Assembly: GCA_963724295.1 (NCBI GenBank)
Contig: CAVRUC010000010.1
Coordinates: 160,001-224,000, forward strand
Origin: an uncultured Chloroflexia bacterium
Lineage (GTDB): Bacteria > Chloroflexota > Chloroflexia > Thermomicrobiales > UBA6265
DNA: 64,000 nucleotides
Direction: 5' to 3'
The position numbers were made by a program, and so were the translations under genes. Positions 22,087 to 30,695 of this stretch are shown here, piece by piece (position 1 is the stretch's first letter; each line of letters opens with the position of its first letter). Under the pieces are notes generated by a model that had not been told where the DNA came from, did no database searches, and saw only the letters and a program-made list of their open reading frames with translations.

Positions 22087-23636
22087 GGCCGGCCCTTAGG
22101 GACGGAGGTCGGAGAGTCGGAGGTCGGAAGTCGGGAGCTGGCAAGATCGAAGCAAGCCGGCTCACGAACCGCGACTCTCCATTCGCGGTCTCGTTGCCCT
22201 GTGGTCTTACTTCCGACTTCCGACTCCCGACTTCCGACTCGTAAACGCTCCACGATGTCTTCCATCTCCAGCCCGCGTGAGCCCTTGAGCAGCACGACGT
22301 CGCCCTGGCGCAACTCGCGCAGGAGATAAGCGATCAAATCCTCCCGCTGCTCGAGACCGAAGGATGTCACGGCCGGCGGGCCAGCGTCGAAACGGCCGTC
22401 GGTCGTCGCCGCCTCCCGCGCGATCGTCCGCGCCAGCCCACCGAAAGTCACCACGAGGTCGGCGACCTCCCCCGCGCGACGGCCGACCGCCACATGCTCG
22501 CGCTCCGAGACCTCACCCAGCTCCCGCATGTCGCCCAGCACGGCGATCGCCCGCCGGGGGTTCATCGCCTCCAACAACCCGAGAGCGGACATCACCGATG
22601 GCGTCGACGCATTGTAGGTGTCGTCGATCAGTTGCGAGCCGTTAGGCCCGGGAACGATCAGCAGTCGCACCTGGACTCCCGGTTCCGCGAGACCGAGGAG
22701 CATGTCGGCCAGGTCCATCCCCGTGGCGTGCCCGACCGCGATAGCCGCCAGGGCCAGCTCGACGGCGTGGCCGCCGATCAATGGCACCTTGACCCGGTTG
22801 GACTCCTCGCCGATGTGGAGCCAGAACGACGTCCCTTCCAATCCTTCAGACTCGACGCCCGTGGCCTGCACGTCGTTGCCCGGTTCGAGCCCGTAGAACA
22901 GCACGCGCCCCCGGCAGCGATCGGCCATCGCTCGCACGCGATGGTCGTCTCCATTCAGGATGGCCCAGCCGTCTTCGGGGATGGCGTCGACCAGCTCCGC
23001 TTTCGTCTCGGCGATGGCCTCGATCGTCCCCATTCGCTCCAGGTGGACAGGGTGGACATTGGTCACCACGCCGATCCGGGGCTGGGCGATCTCCGCCAGC
23101 AACCGGATCTCGCCCAGTGCGTAGGCGCCGCCCATCTCGAGCACGGCCGCTCCGTGCTCCGGGGTTACCTCGAGCAGGGACAAGGGGAGCCCGATCTCGG
23201 AGTTGAGGTTTCCCGCCGAGCGATAGGTCGGCATCGCACGCTCCAGCACCGAGGCGACGGTCTCCTTCGTGCTGGTCTTGCCCACGCTGCCGGTGATACC
23301 GACGACGAGCAGGTCCTGGAGCTGGGAGCGCCACCACGCCGCCAGGCGCTGCAGCGCGGCGACCGGCTCGTCGACGACCAGAAGCGGTAGTCCCGCGTCG
23401 GGATGCTCGTCCGCCCACTCGCGGCTGACGAGGGCCGCGGTGGCTCCCGCGGCCGCGGCGTCGCCGACGAAGTCGTGTCCGTCGAAGCGCTCGCCGCGCA
23501 CGGCGATGAAGAGATCGCCGGGCTGGACCTGTCGGGAGTTCCGCTCGATCCTGGTGAACACCGTCTGCGCTGGGATCTCGCCGCGAAGCACGGCGCCCGT
23601 ACCGCGCAAGACGGTCTCGAAAGCGAGTGGCGTCAT
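22083..23636 (-). CDS. murF: UDP-N-acetylmuramoyl-tripeptide--D-alanyl-D-alanine ligase
   Basis: GERFDGHDF, GITGSVGKTSTKE, NLNSEIGLPL, IDDTYNA, VLGDMRELG, LLKGSRGLEME; stop overlaps mraY start. Confidence 0.95.
   Translation of the reverse strand: MTPLAFETVLRGTGAVLRGEIPAQTVFTRIERNSRQVQPGDLFIAVRGERFDGHDFVGDAAAAGATAALVSREWADEHPDAGLPLLVVDEPVAALQRLAAWWRSQLQDLLVVGITGSVGKTSTKETVASVLERAMPTYRSAGNLNSEIGLPLSLLEVTPEHGAAVLEMGGAYALGEIRLLAEIAQPRIGVVTNVHPVHLERMGTIEAIAETKAELVDAIPEDGWAILNGDDHRVRAMADRCRGRVLFYGLEPGNDVQATGVESEGLEGTSFWLHIGEESNRVKVPLIGGHAVELALAAIAVGHATGMDLADMLLGLAEPGVQVRLLIVPGPNGSQLIDDTYNASTPSVMSALGLLEAMNPRRAIAVLGDMRELGEVSEREHVAVGRRAGEVADLVVTFGGLARTIAREAATTDGRFDAGPPAVTSFGLEQREDLIAYLLRELRQGDVVLLKGSRGLEMEDIVERLRVGSRESEVGSKTTGQRDREWRVAVREPACFDLASSRLPTSDSPTSVPKGRP
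22104..22240. repeat. Inverted pair of GTCGGA(A/G)-type heptamer arrays inside the murF 3' extension
   Basis: GGAGGTCGGAGAGTCGGAGGTCGGAAGTCGGGAG (22104-22137) versus ACTTCCGACTTCCGACTCCCGACTTCCGACT (22209-22239). Confidence 0.65.
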
Positions 23637-24649
23637 CGTCTGGCTCCCGTCGTGAGCTCGCCTGCGTCGTCCGGGAGGCGCTCCGCAACACGCAACACGG
23701 CCGAACGGGCGCGCGGGTTGGCGTCCCGCTCCGCCGCATCCGGGCGCACCGCGCGCCGCGTGACTTTTTGCAGCCTGGGGCGGTGACCGCAGACGCAGAT
23801 GGGTATCTGCGGGGGACAGACACACCCGGCGCTCTCGCGCTCGATGAAGCGCTTGACGATCCGGTCTTCCAGCGAATGAAACGCGATCACCGCCAGGCGT
23901 CCACCCGGCGCAAGCACGTCGACCGCTGCCTGAAGTGCTGCCTCCAGTGCCGTCAGTTCCTCGTTTGTCGCGATGCGCAGTGCCTGGAACGTCCGCGTCG
24001 CGGGATGGGTTTCCCGGCCGCGCCGGCCGCCGAGCGCGCCGGCCACGATCTCCGCCAGTCGCGTCGTGGTCTCGATCGGCGCTTGGGCCCGCTCGCGCGC
24101 AATCGCCCGCGCGATGCGGCGACTGCCCGGCTCTTCGCCGTAGCGCCAGATCAGGTCGGCCAGCTCACGCTCCGGGAGGGAATTCACCAGATCGCTCGCC
24201 GGAGCGCCCTGTTCTGAATCGAAGCGCATGTCGAGCGGGCCCTCATGACGGAAGGCGAACCCACGCTCCGGCTGATCGAGCTGGAACGACGACAGCCCCA
24301 GATCGAGCAGGATGCCGTCAAGCGGCGCGACTCCTCGCTCTTGGGCAATGACGGCCAGATCGGCGAAGTTGGCCCGCACCGGGATGATGCGCTCGGCAAT
24401 GGCTGGGTCCTGGCGCAAGGCGCATGCGCGGTCGATCGCGGCGGGATCGGCGTCGAGGGCGAGTACGATCCCGTCCGGCGCCGATGCCTCGAGCAGCGCC
24501 CGGGTATGCCCGCCGCCGCCAAAGGTGCCGTCCAGGTACGTGCACCGACCGCCTGGTCGCGGCTGCAATGCGGCAACCGCTTCCGCGAGGAGCACAGGCC
24601 GGTGGCCGGGTGCTGAGCTTGATGGCGTATTGGCAACGGGAGCAGACAC
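23633..24649 (-). CDS. rsmH: 16S rRNA m4C1402 methyltransferase RsmH (MraW)
   Basis: HRPVLLAE, YLDGTFGGGGH, LDLGLSSFQLD..RGF.F, PLDMR, HPATRTFQALRI, FHSLEDRIVK, NPRARSA.LR. Start approximate. Confidence 0.95.
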   Translation of the reverse strand: MSAPVANTPSSSAPGHRPVLLAEAVAALQPRPGGRCTYLDGTFGGGGHTRALLEASAPDGIVLALDADPAAIDRACALRQDPAIAERIIPVRANFADLAVIAQERGVAPLDGILLDLGLSSFQLDQPERGFAFRHEGPLDMRFDSEQGAPASDLVNSLPERELADLIWRYGEEPGSRRIARAIARERAQAPIETTTRLAEIVAGALGGRRGRETHPATRTFQALRIATNEELTALEAALQAAVDVLAPGGRLAVIAFHSLEDRIVKRFIERESAGCVCPPQIPICVCGHRPRLQKVTRRAVRPDAAERDANPRARSAVLRVAERLPDDAGELTTGARR

Positions 24650-24777
24650 GATCGTCACAATCCGGGGCAGCGTCGCGCCCCAGGAGGCGCACGGTTCGTG
24701 CAGAGGAGTATGCACCGCCAGCCTCCCTCGGGGAGAGGTATGCTCCCGCTGAGACGCTCCAGAGAGAGGCAGAGCAG

Positions 24778-25557
24778 ATGCCCTACGCGGCGAACGACGG
24801 TCTGCGCATCCACTACGAGGTCGCAGGCAGTGGGGAACCGCTCGTGCTCTACCATGGCCTGACCGGGTCGGGCGAGCGGTGGCGAGACACCGGATACGTC
24901 GCCAGTCTGAGTGGCGCGTACCGCCTCATTCTCATCGACGCCCGCGGGCACGGCGGAAGCGACAAGCCGCACGATCGGGCGGCATATGGGCGACGCCGGC
25001 AAGCCACCGACGTCGTCGCCGTGCTGAACGACCTGGACATTGCCACGGCGCGCTTCTGGGGTCACTCCATGGGCGGCGACGTCGCGTTGACCCTCGGCCG
25101 CCATCATCCTGACCGCGTGAGCGCGCTGATCGTCACCGGCTACAGCCCCTTCGCTGCCGCGGGTGAAGAGGCCGCCGAGATGACGGCCTGGGCCACCGAT
25201 CTCCAGGGTGGGATGGACGGTTTTGTCGCGGGCTATGAGCGCCGTCATGGTCCGCTCCCTGACGATGCCCGAGCTCGCTGGCTGGACAATGACGGCGCGG
25301 CCCTCGCCGCCTGCGTCGCCGCGATGATCGCGGAGTCGGACGGCAGCCAGGTCGCGGATCTCCCTCAGATCGAGACCCCGGTCATGCTGCTGGTCGGAAC
25401 CGAGGAGCCATTCGCCGACCAGGCGCGCGAAGCGGCGGAACTGCTACCGCGCGGCGCGTACGTCCCCTTGCCGGGACTCGATCACGTGCAGACGTTCTTC
25501 AGCAGCGACCTCGTCGTACCGCATGTCCGGGAGTTTCTTGCGCAGACTCGCGTGTGA
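24778..25557 (+). CDS. Alpha/beta fold hydrolase, between mraZ and rsmH on the opposite strand
   Basis: LVLYHG, IDARGHGGSDKP, nucleophile elbow GHSMGG, C-terminal His (GLDH). Confidence 0.9.
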   Translation: MPYAANDGLRIHYEVAGSGEPLVLYHGLTGSGERWRDTGYVASLSGAYRLILIDARGHGGSDKPHDRAAYGRRRQATDVVAVLNDLDIATARFWGHSMGGDVALTLGRHHPDRVSALIVTGYSPFAAAGEEAAEMTAWATDLQGGMDGFVAGYERRHGPLPDDARARWLDNDGAALAACVAAMIAESDGSQVADLPQIETPVMLLVGTEEPFADQAREAAELLPRGAYVPLPGLDHVQTFFSSDLVVPHVREFLAQTRV

Positions 25558-25589
25558 TCGTTGAGGCACCGGCGATGCCTGCGGGAGCC

Positions 25590-26021
25590 TCAGAGGAGCG
25601 TGGCGAGCCGTTGTGCGATCTCGGCGCCATCTGTATCGAGGGATGATTCCACCGCGGCCCAGCGCTGAGGTGACCAGATCTCGATCGAGGCGTCGACGCC
25701 GACGATCAGGGCTTCGCGCTCCAGCTCGGCGTAGCGGCGCAAGTCGGGCGGGATGAGAATTCGTCCCTGGGCGTCGAGGGCCAGATCCGAGGCCTCGGCG
25801 AAGACGAGACGGCGGAAGTTACGCGCGTCGGCATCGGTGATCGGCAGAGCGGCGACCTTCTCCGCCAGCGGCCGCCAGGCTTCCAGGGGATAGAGCGCCA
25901 GGCAGCGATCGATGCCGCGGGTGAGGATGACGCCCTCGGCCAGCGCCTCGCGGTAGCGCGCTGGAACCGCCAGCCGCCCCTTGGCATCCAGGTTGTGCGC
26001 GTAGCGACCCAGAAACACCAC
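25590..26021 (-). CDS. mraZ: Division/cell wall cluster transcriptional regulator MraZ
   Basis: FLGRY.HNLDAKGRL.VP, LDAQGRILIP..LR.YA.L, IEIWS. Confidence 0.95.
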   Translation of the reverse strand: MVFLGRYAHNLDAKGRLAVPARYREALAEGVILTRGIDRCLALYPLEAWRPLAEKVAALPITDADARNFRRLVFAEASDLALDAQGRILIPPDLRRYAELEREALIVGVDASIEIWSPQRWAAVESSLDTDGAEIAQRLATLL

Positions 26022-26124
26022 TCACCACCCGGCGACACGCCGCATCCGGCACGGCGGCGACACGTGCACCCGGTCATCGACCAGGGCTTCGCGGAGAACG
26101 GGTATCGGGGATGGATGCATTGTG

Positions 26125-26179
26125 CCACTTATCCACCGCGAACGCCACTTATCCCCACTTTTCCCCACAGTTATCCACA
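26125..26179 (-). promoter_or_regulatory. MraZ operator (GTGG repeats at 10-bp period) overlapping a consensus DnaA box
   Basis: CCAC (GTGG on minus) at 26125, 26145, 26155, 26165 and 26175; TTATCCACA at 26171-26179. Confidence 0.75.
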
Positions 26180-26210
26180 ATGGAGACGGCGAGTTGGCAG
26201 AGTCGGAAAG

Positions 26211-26250
26211 CGGTAAGTCGGTAAGTCGGTAAGTCGGTAAGTCGGTAAGG
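26211..26250 (+). repeat. Octamer tandem repeat (CGGTAAGT) x5
   Basis: Four exact copies plus one with a final mismatch. Confidence 0.9.
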
Positions 26251-26299
26251 ACGAGCGTAATCGAGGAGGCGCGACGCACCCTCGTTGTCTTCCCCCTCC

Positions 26300-26384
26300 A
26301 CCCCCCTGAGTCCGCGCAGCGGACGGCACCCCCTGAGAGAGCGCAGCGACCGGCTCCCCTGAGGCGAAGCGGGCTCCCCCTCCG
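26300..26384 (+). repeat. Three CCCCTGAG..GCG(C/A)AGCG mini-hairpin units
   Basis: CCCCCTGAGTCCGCGCAGCGGA / CCCCCTGAGAGAGCGCAGCGA / CCCCTGAGGCGAAGCG. Confidence 0.6.
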
Positions 26385-26417
26385 AATGGCGTACGTACGC
26401 GGTTACTTACTCGAAAG

Positions 26418-26439
26418 AGAACGAATGTTCTGGTATCAT
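26418..26439 (+). promoter_or_regulatory. LexA (SOS) box GAAC-N4-GTTC abutting an extended -10
   Basis: AGAACGAATGTTCT (26418-26431) directly followed by TGGTATCAT (26431-26439). Confidence 0.75.
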
Positions 26440-26494
26440 TGCCGTATCGAAGCGCCGCGCCGGGTGGAGCGGCGAGACCCCGCAGGAGGATGCC

Positions 26495-26770
26495 ATGTTC
26501 CTCGGTTGGTACGACCCCGACCGCAAGAAGCCGGCTCGCGCCAAGCTGGCCGACGCCATCGCCCGTTATGAAGAGAAGTTTGGACGAACACCACTCTTCT
26601 GTCTCACCAGTCCTCAGGACGCCGCCGAGCTGGCCGAACCGTCCCGCAAGTTCCCCGGGGAACCGCCGGTTTCGATCCAGGCCCGCGGATACATCGCCCG
26701 CTGGACCTTCTACATCGGAGAGGACGCCGGGGAGACCCCGGCCAGCGCCGAGGAGCGCGCCGCGGCGTGA
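26495..26770 (+). CDS. Small hypothetical protein (91 aa), probably SOS-inducible
   Basis: RBS AGGAGG, ATG, coherent codon usage; sequence MFLGWYDPDRKK..KLADAIARYEEKFGRTP.FC. Confidence 0.75.
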   Translation: MFLGWYDPDRKKPARAKLADAIARYEEKFGRTPLFCLTSPQDAAELAEPSRKFPGEPPVSIQARGYIARWTFYIGEDAGETPASAEERAAA

Positions 26771-26862
26771 TCTCCAGTCGGATTGCGCTCAAGGAAGCGG
26801 ATCGCTTCTGCTAGAGTTGCCGCGCTCCCCGCGCGGTGCGCTGACCCGCGCAATCCTTCCAG

Positions 26863-28404
26863 GTGATTGACGCCGTGGATGACGAACGCGCCGGGACGCC
26901 GCCCAGCGGCGACCCGGCCCCCGAGCACGAGCCACAAGAGGTTCCGCGGGAAGATCTCGATCACCCGGCGGCGGATCCGCGCATCACCATTGCCGGCCGC
27001 TATGCGGTCGATCTGCAAGCGCCTCCGGCCAACGCCGGGATCGCGGTGACCTACGAAGGCCGCGATCTGCGGACGCGCGACCCGGTGGTCGTGAAAACGC
27101 TCCGCCTCGAATACCGCGGCGATCCCGAGATGCGGGCTCGGTTTCGTCGCGAGGCCCGCCTGTTGCAATTTCTGTCGCATCCCAATGTCATCCGCGCCCT
27201 CACCTTCAGCGAGGAGCGCAACGCGCCCTGGCTTGTCCTGGAGCGCATCCGGGGTCGCTCCCTGCGCGAAGAGATCGCGATGAGCGCGCCCTTCGCTCCG
27301 GAAGAGGTCATGCCGCTGCTGCAAGGTTTTGCCGCGGCCCTCGACCACCTGCACGCGCGCGGTCTGGCCCACCTCGACGTGCGGCCGGAGAACGTGATCG
27401 TCACACCAGATGGTGAGGTGAAGCTCATCGACTTCGGTGTCGCCCAGGCCGCGGGCGCCGTGCAGGAGCCCGCGGACGGCGGCGGGCTCGACAACGTCGC
27501 GTACCTGGCCCCGGAACAGGTCTGCGGTGAGCCAGTCAGCGCCGCGACCGATGTCTATGCTCTGGGATGCGTGGTCTACGAGCTCCTCACCGGGCGACCG
27601 CCATTTGGCTCGAGCGAGGAACCAGCGGCCAGGAACGCCGCTATTCGCGCTCGCCTCGAGCAAGTTCCTGTGCCGCCTTCGGTTGCCCGGGGCGGCAACG
27701 CCCTGCCGGCATGGGTGGACGACGTCATGCTGGGCGCGCTCGAGCGCGATCCTCAACAGCGCTACGGCAGCGCCGGATCGTTTGCGGCCGTGTTCCACGC
27801 CGGCGTCGAGGGAGAGATCGATGCCGAGACCGGACGGCCGCGAGGTCGCGTCGAACCGTCCCCAAGTCGCCAGTTTCCGAACAATGAACCGGGTATCGCC
27901 CTGAAGGGCTCACCAACCCTCGCATCCCGGCGCGGTAAACCGTCATCAGTTGCGGCGGGTGCGCACGATGAAGTCGTCGACGCGGCCTTTGCGCCCCTCT
28001 CCCCGAACGCACCGGTGACGTCCGCGTACGCCCGCCGGTCGCGTGGCCGCGACCTCGCCGCGGTCCGGCGGCGACTCTGGCAAGCGGTCATTCTGGCCGC
28101 GGTGCTGAATGTGGTCCTCGTCGGGGCGTTGCTGATCACCCGCGGCGAAATTCCCGGAATCTGGCAAGCCGGCGAGAGCATCCGTCCCGGTGCGTCGGTC
28201 CGGATCGCGGGCGCGGGTCTGGTGGCGCGCGCGGCCCCGGATACGGAGTCGGCCATCGTCGCCGACTTGCCGGACGGCGGGTCAGTGCGGATCAGCGGCG
28301 AGCCGGTTCAAGGCGACGACGGTCTCTGGTGGCCGGTTGAGGTCGACTCCGGGACTGGTGTCGTCGAGGGATTTGTTCCGGAGTCGTGGGTGCAGGCGCC
28401 ATAA
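26863..28404 (+). CDS. Hanks-type Ser/Thr kinase-like protein with TM helix and C-terminal SH3-like domain
   Basis: VVVKTL, RFRREA, HPNVI, HLDVRPENV, DFGVA, YLAPEQ, DVYALG; hydrophobic LWQAVILAAVLNVVLVGALLI; R.AP..IV..L..G..V..WW.V..GFV. Confidence 0.85.
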   Translation: MIDAVDDERAGTPPSGDPAPEHEPQEVPREDLDHPAADPRITIAGRYAVDLQAPPANAGIAVTYEGRDLRTRDPVVVKTLRLEYRGDPEMRARFRREARLLQFLSHPNVIRALTFSEERNAPWLVLERIRGRSLREEIAMSAPFAPEEVMPLLQGFAAALDHLHARGLAHLDVRPENVIVTPDGEVKLIDFGVAQAAGAVQEPADGGGLDNVAYLAPEQVCGEPVSAATDVYALGCVVYELLTGRPPFGSSEEPAARNAAIRARLEQVPVPPSVARGGNALPAWVDDVMLGALERDPQQRYGSAGSFAAVFHAGVEGEIDAETGRPRGRVEPSPSRQFPNNEPGIALKGSPTLASRRGKPSSVAAGAHDEVVDAAFAPLSPNAPVTSAYARRSRGRDLAAVRRRLWQAVILAAVLNVVLVGALLITRGEIPGIWQAGESIRPGASVRIAGAGLVARAAPDTESAIVADLPDGGSVRISGEPVQGDDGLWWPVEVDSGTGVVEGFVPESWVQAP

Positions 28405-28501
28405 CGACCTGGCGCAACGCGATGCAGACGGCGACTTCCCGACTGCCTCGGCGCGACAAGCGCTTCCGAGCACCCAGCCTGACCGCTGATATGAACCCGG
28501 T

Positions 28502-29146
28502 TTAGCCCCGGAAGCGCGGGTCGAGCCGTCCGGAGCGACCGCGGAGGCGTCCGCTGCGGGCCAGCTCGGCGATGACCACCGAGGGAACTCGCCACTCTCC
28601 TGAGACCTTGGTTCCGGAGACCTGTCCCTTGCGCAGCCAGGTCTGAACGCGGCCCGCCGGCACGCCCAGCCGCGAGGCGGCTTCGGCGACGGTCATCAGC
28701 GTCAGCCCGTGCTTGTCGCGGGAGATGAACCGCTCCGGTTCGACGTCCAGGGCTTTCGCCAGCTTGCGCACCGTCTCGGCGTACGGCCAGCACCTTCCGG
28801 TTTCCAGCCGCGAGATCGCTTCATGCGTCAGACCGCTGGCGGCAGCCAGCTGGATCTGGTTCAGCCCGGCCGCCTCGCGGATCGCCCGCAGCCGCTTCCC
28901 GGCACGCTTTCGGTTCTGCCGCCACACCGGCACGACCTCACCCTCGTGGGCGCGAGCCTGAGTCGCGGCCAGATCCTCGGCACGGATGTGGCGCCGGCCG
29001 TTGAACCGCACCGCGGGGAGCTGGCCGGTGGTGATCCAGCCACTGATGACGGTGCGCGGGAGCCCGGAGCGCTCGGCGGCCGCCGTGACCGTCAGCAGGT
29101 CTGTTGGCACCTGTTGCTGCTGCTCTTGCAGTTGTTGTTGCATCAT
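28502..29146 (-). CDS. Triple helix-turn-helix protein: excisionase-like HTH, XRE HTH, excisionase-like HTH
   Basis: LLTVTAAAERSGLPRTVISGWITTGQLPAVRF; LRAIREAAGLNQIQLAAASGLTHEAISRLETG; LMTVAEAASRLGVPAGRVQTWLRKG. Confidence 0.8.
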   Translation of the reverse strand: MMQQQLQEQQQQVPTDLLTVTAAAERSGLPRTVISGWITTGQLPAVRFNGRRHIRAEDLAATQARAHEGEVVPVWRQNRKRAGKRLRAIREAAGLNQIQLAAASGLTHEAISRLETGRCWPYAETVRKLAKALDVEPERFISRDKHGLTLMTVAEAASRLGVPAGRVQTWLRKGQVSGTKVSGEWRVPSVVIAELARSGRLRGRSGRLDPRFRG

Positions 29147-29422
29147 GGGTATATGCTACTCCGAATTAGCGATTACTGCTTGGATGATCCGCCACATGCG
29201 GTCACGTCCCAGCGAGCCAGTCGCGGCCCGCATCTTGCCTGCCGGGAGCTGGACGGCCGCGAGGCCGACGGCTTACGGCGCATTGCGACAATGCTGTCGT
29301 TCCGTTGAACTGTACGCTGGAGGACGAATCTTGGGTTCCTGGCACCCCAATCGGGACCACATCGAGATTTCTCCTGCTTCGGGACGACACCTGTTTGCAT
29401 TGTCTCACCAGGGAGCGACACG

Positions 29423-29923
29423 ATGGATGCCTACACTGTCCTGACCGAGGCCATCACGACCAAGCAGCAGGTCATTGCTCGCTACCACGAAGAGGAGCGT
29501 CTCTTCAGCCCGCACGCCCTGGGCACCAAGCGGGGTGTCGCCCATGTCCTGGTCTATCAGTACGCGGGCGGCAGCCGCACGGGGCTGCCGCCTGGCGGTG
29601 AGTGGCGCTGTCTCAACGTCGAGGAGTTGAGCGAGATTCGGTTGGAGCCCGGCGCCTGGCGCACCAGCGAGAACGTCTTCAACCCCCAGACGTGTCTCGA
29701 TGAGATCGAGGTCCTGGCCGATCCCCTGCCACCGCGGACCACGACCCGTCCGCGCCGCGACGCGGGGCCGATCTTCACTAACGGCCAGCGGTCACTATTC
29801 GGTTCATTCATTGAGGGCCGGGAGGGTCATTGCCGTCATGCGCGTCTTCATCGTTTCCGATATGGAGGGTGTAGCCGGGATCACCAAGTGGGACCAGGTC
29901 AATGGCGGCAAGTCGCTCTATGA
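29423..29923 (+). CDS. Stand-alone WYL-like domain protein (about 100-aa core; the tail overlapping the next gene may be spurious)
   Basis: L.EAI..KQQV...Y..ER...PHALG.....VLVYQY.G.S..G....EWR.L.V..LSEIRL matches the WYL-fold pattern; no HTH. Confidence 0.6.
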   Translation: MDAYTVLTEAITTKQQVIARYHEEERLFSPHALGTKRGVAHVLVYQYAGGSRTGLPPGGEWRCLNVEELSEIRLEPGAWRTSENVFNPQTCLDEIEVLADPLPPRTTTRPRRDAGPIFTNGQRSLFGSFIEGREGHCRHARLHRFRYGGCSRDHQVGPGQWRQVAL

Positions 29924-30653
29924 AGAGGGACGCGCGCTCTATACCGAGGAAATCAACTCCGCGGTGCGCGGAGCCCGCGCGGCGGGAGCCACCGAGATCG
30001 TGGTCATGGACTGCCACGGGGCCGGCGGGGACTGGTCATTCAACTCGCTGATCCCGGAGCGACTCGACCCGGGCTGCGAGTTCGTGGTCCAGCATAAATG
30101 GACGGAATACACCGACTTTCTCGAGCAGGGCTGCGACGCGGCGCTGTTCGTGGGGATGCATGCCAAGGCGGGGACCCGCGACGGCCTCCTGTCCCACACG
30201 GTCTCCAGCTCTCAGTGGACGAACCTGTCATTCAACGGCGTCTCCGTTGGCGAGACCGGCATCAACGCGGCGCTTTGCGGACAGTGGGGTTGCCCGGTCC
30301 TGCTCGTCACCGGCGACCACGCGGTCTCCCGCGAGGCGCGTGCGCTGCTCGGAGAGGGCCTGACCACGGTCGCGGTGAAGACCTCACTCGGACGCTACAG
30401 TGCCCGCCACGTGCCACCGGTTCGCGCCCGGCAGATGATCGAGGAGGGAGCCGCCGCCGCGCTCGCGGACCTCAACGCCGTCGCGCCGTACGTCCCATCG
30501 TCACCAGTCGAGATCACCGTGGAGTACGTGACCCCGGATCACCTCGAGAAATACCGCTTCCTGCCGGGCGTCGAGATCATCGACAGTCGCACCATCGTTT
30601 CGCGGGCCGCCGACTGGTGGACCGCCTGGCGCCAGTTTTACTTTGTGAGCTAG
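29838..30653 (+). CDS. M55 family D-aminopeptidase (DppA-like)
   Basis: MRVFIVSDMEGVAGI, VMDCHG, FVGMHA.AG..LSHT, VGETGINA, LVTGD. Confidence 0.92.
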   Translation: MRVFIVSDMEGVAGITKWDQVNGGKSLYEEGRALYTEEINSAVRGARAAGATEIVVMDCHGAGGDWSFNSLIPERLDPGCEFVVQHKWTEYTDFLEQGCDAALFVGMHAKAGTRDGLLSHTVSSSQWTNLSFNGVSVGETGINAALCGQWGCPVLLVTGDHAVSREARALLGEGLTTVAVKTSLGRYSARHVPPVRARQMIEEGAAAALADLNAVAPYVPSSPVEITVEYVTPDHLEKYRFLPGVEIIDSRTIVSRAADWWTAWRQFYFVS

Positions 30654-30695
30654 CGCGACTGGTTCGCACCGAGTGCGGTTTCACCCACGCCGGCG

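Noticed and set aside
26125..26179. Replication origin
   Set aside because: Only one perfect DnaA box, no AT-rich unwinding element and no dnaA/dnaN nearby; the 10-bp GTGG period fits MraZ
26200..26390. CRISPR array
   Set aside because: The repeats are 8-mers without spacers or short degenerate units, and no cas genes are present
28502..29146. Prophage or ICE marked by excisionase-like domains
   Set aside because: No integrase, att site, tRNA or phage structural genes in the window
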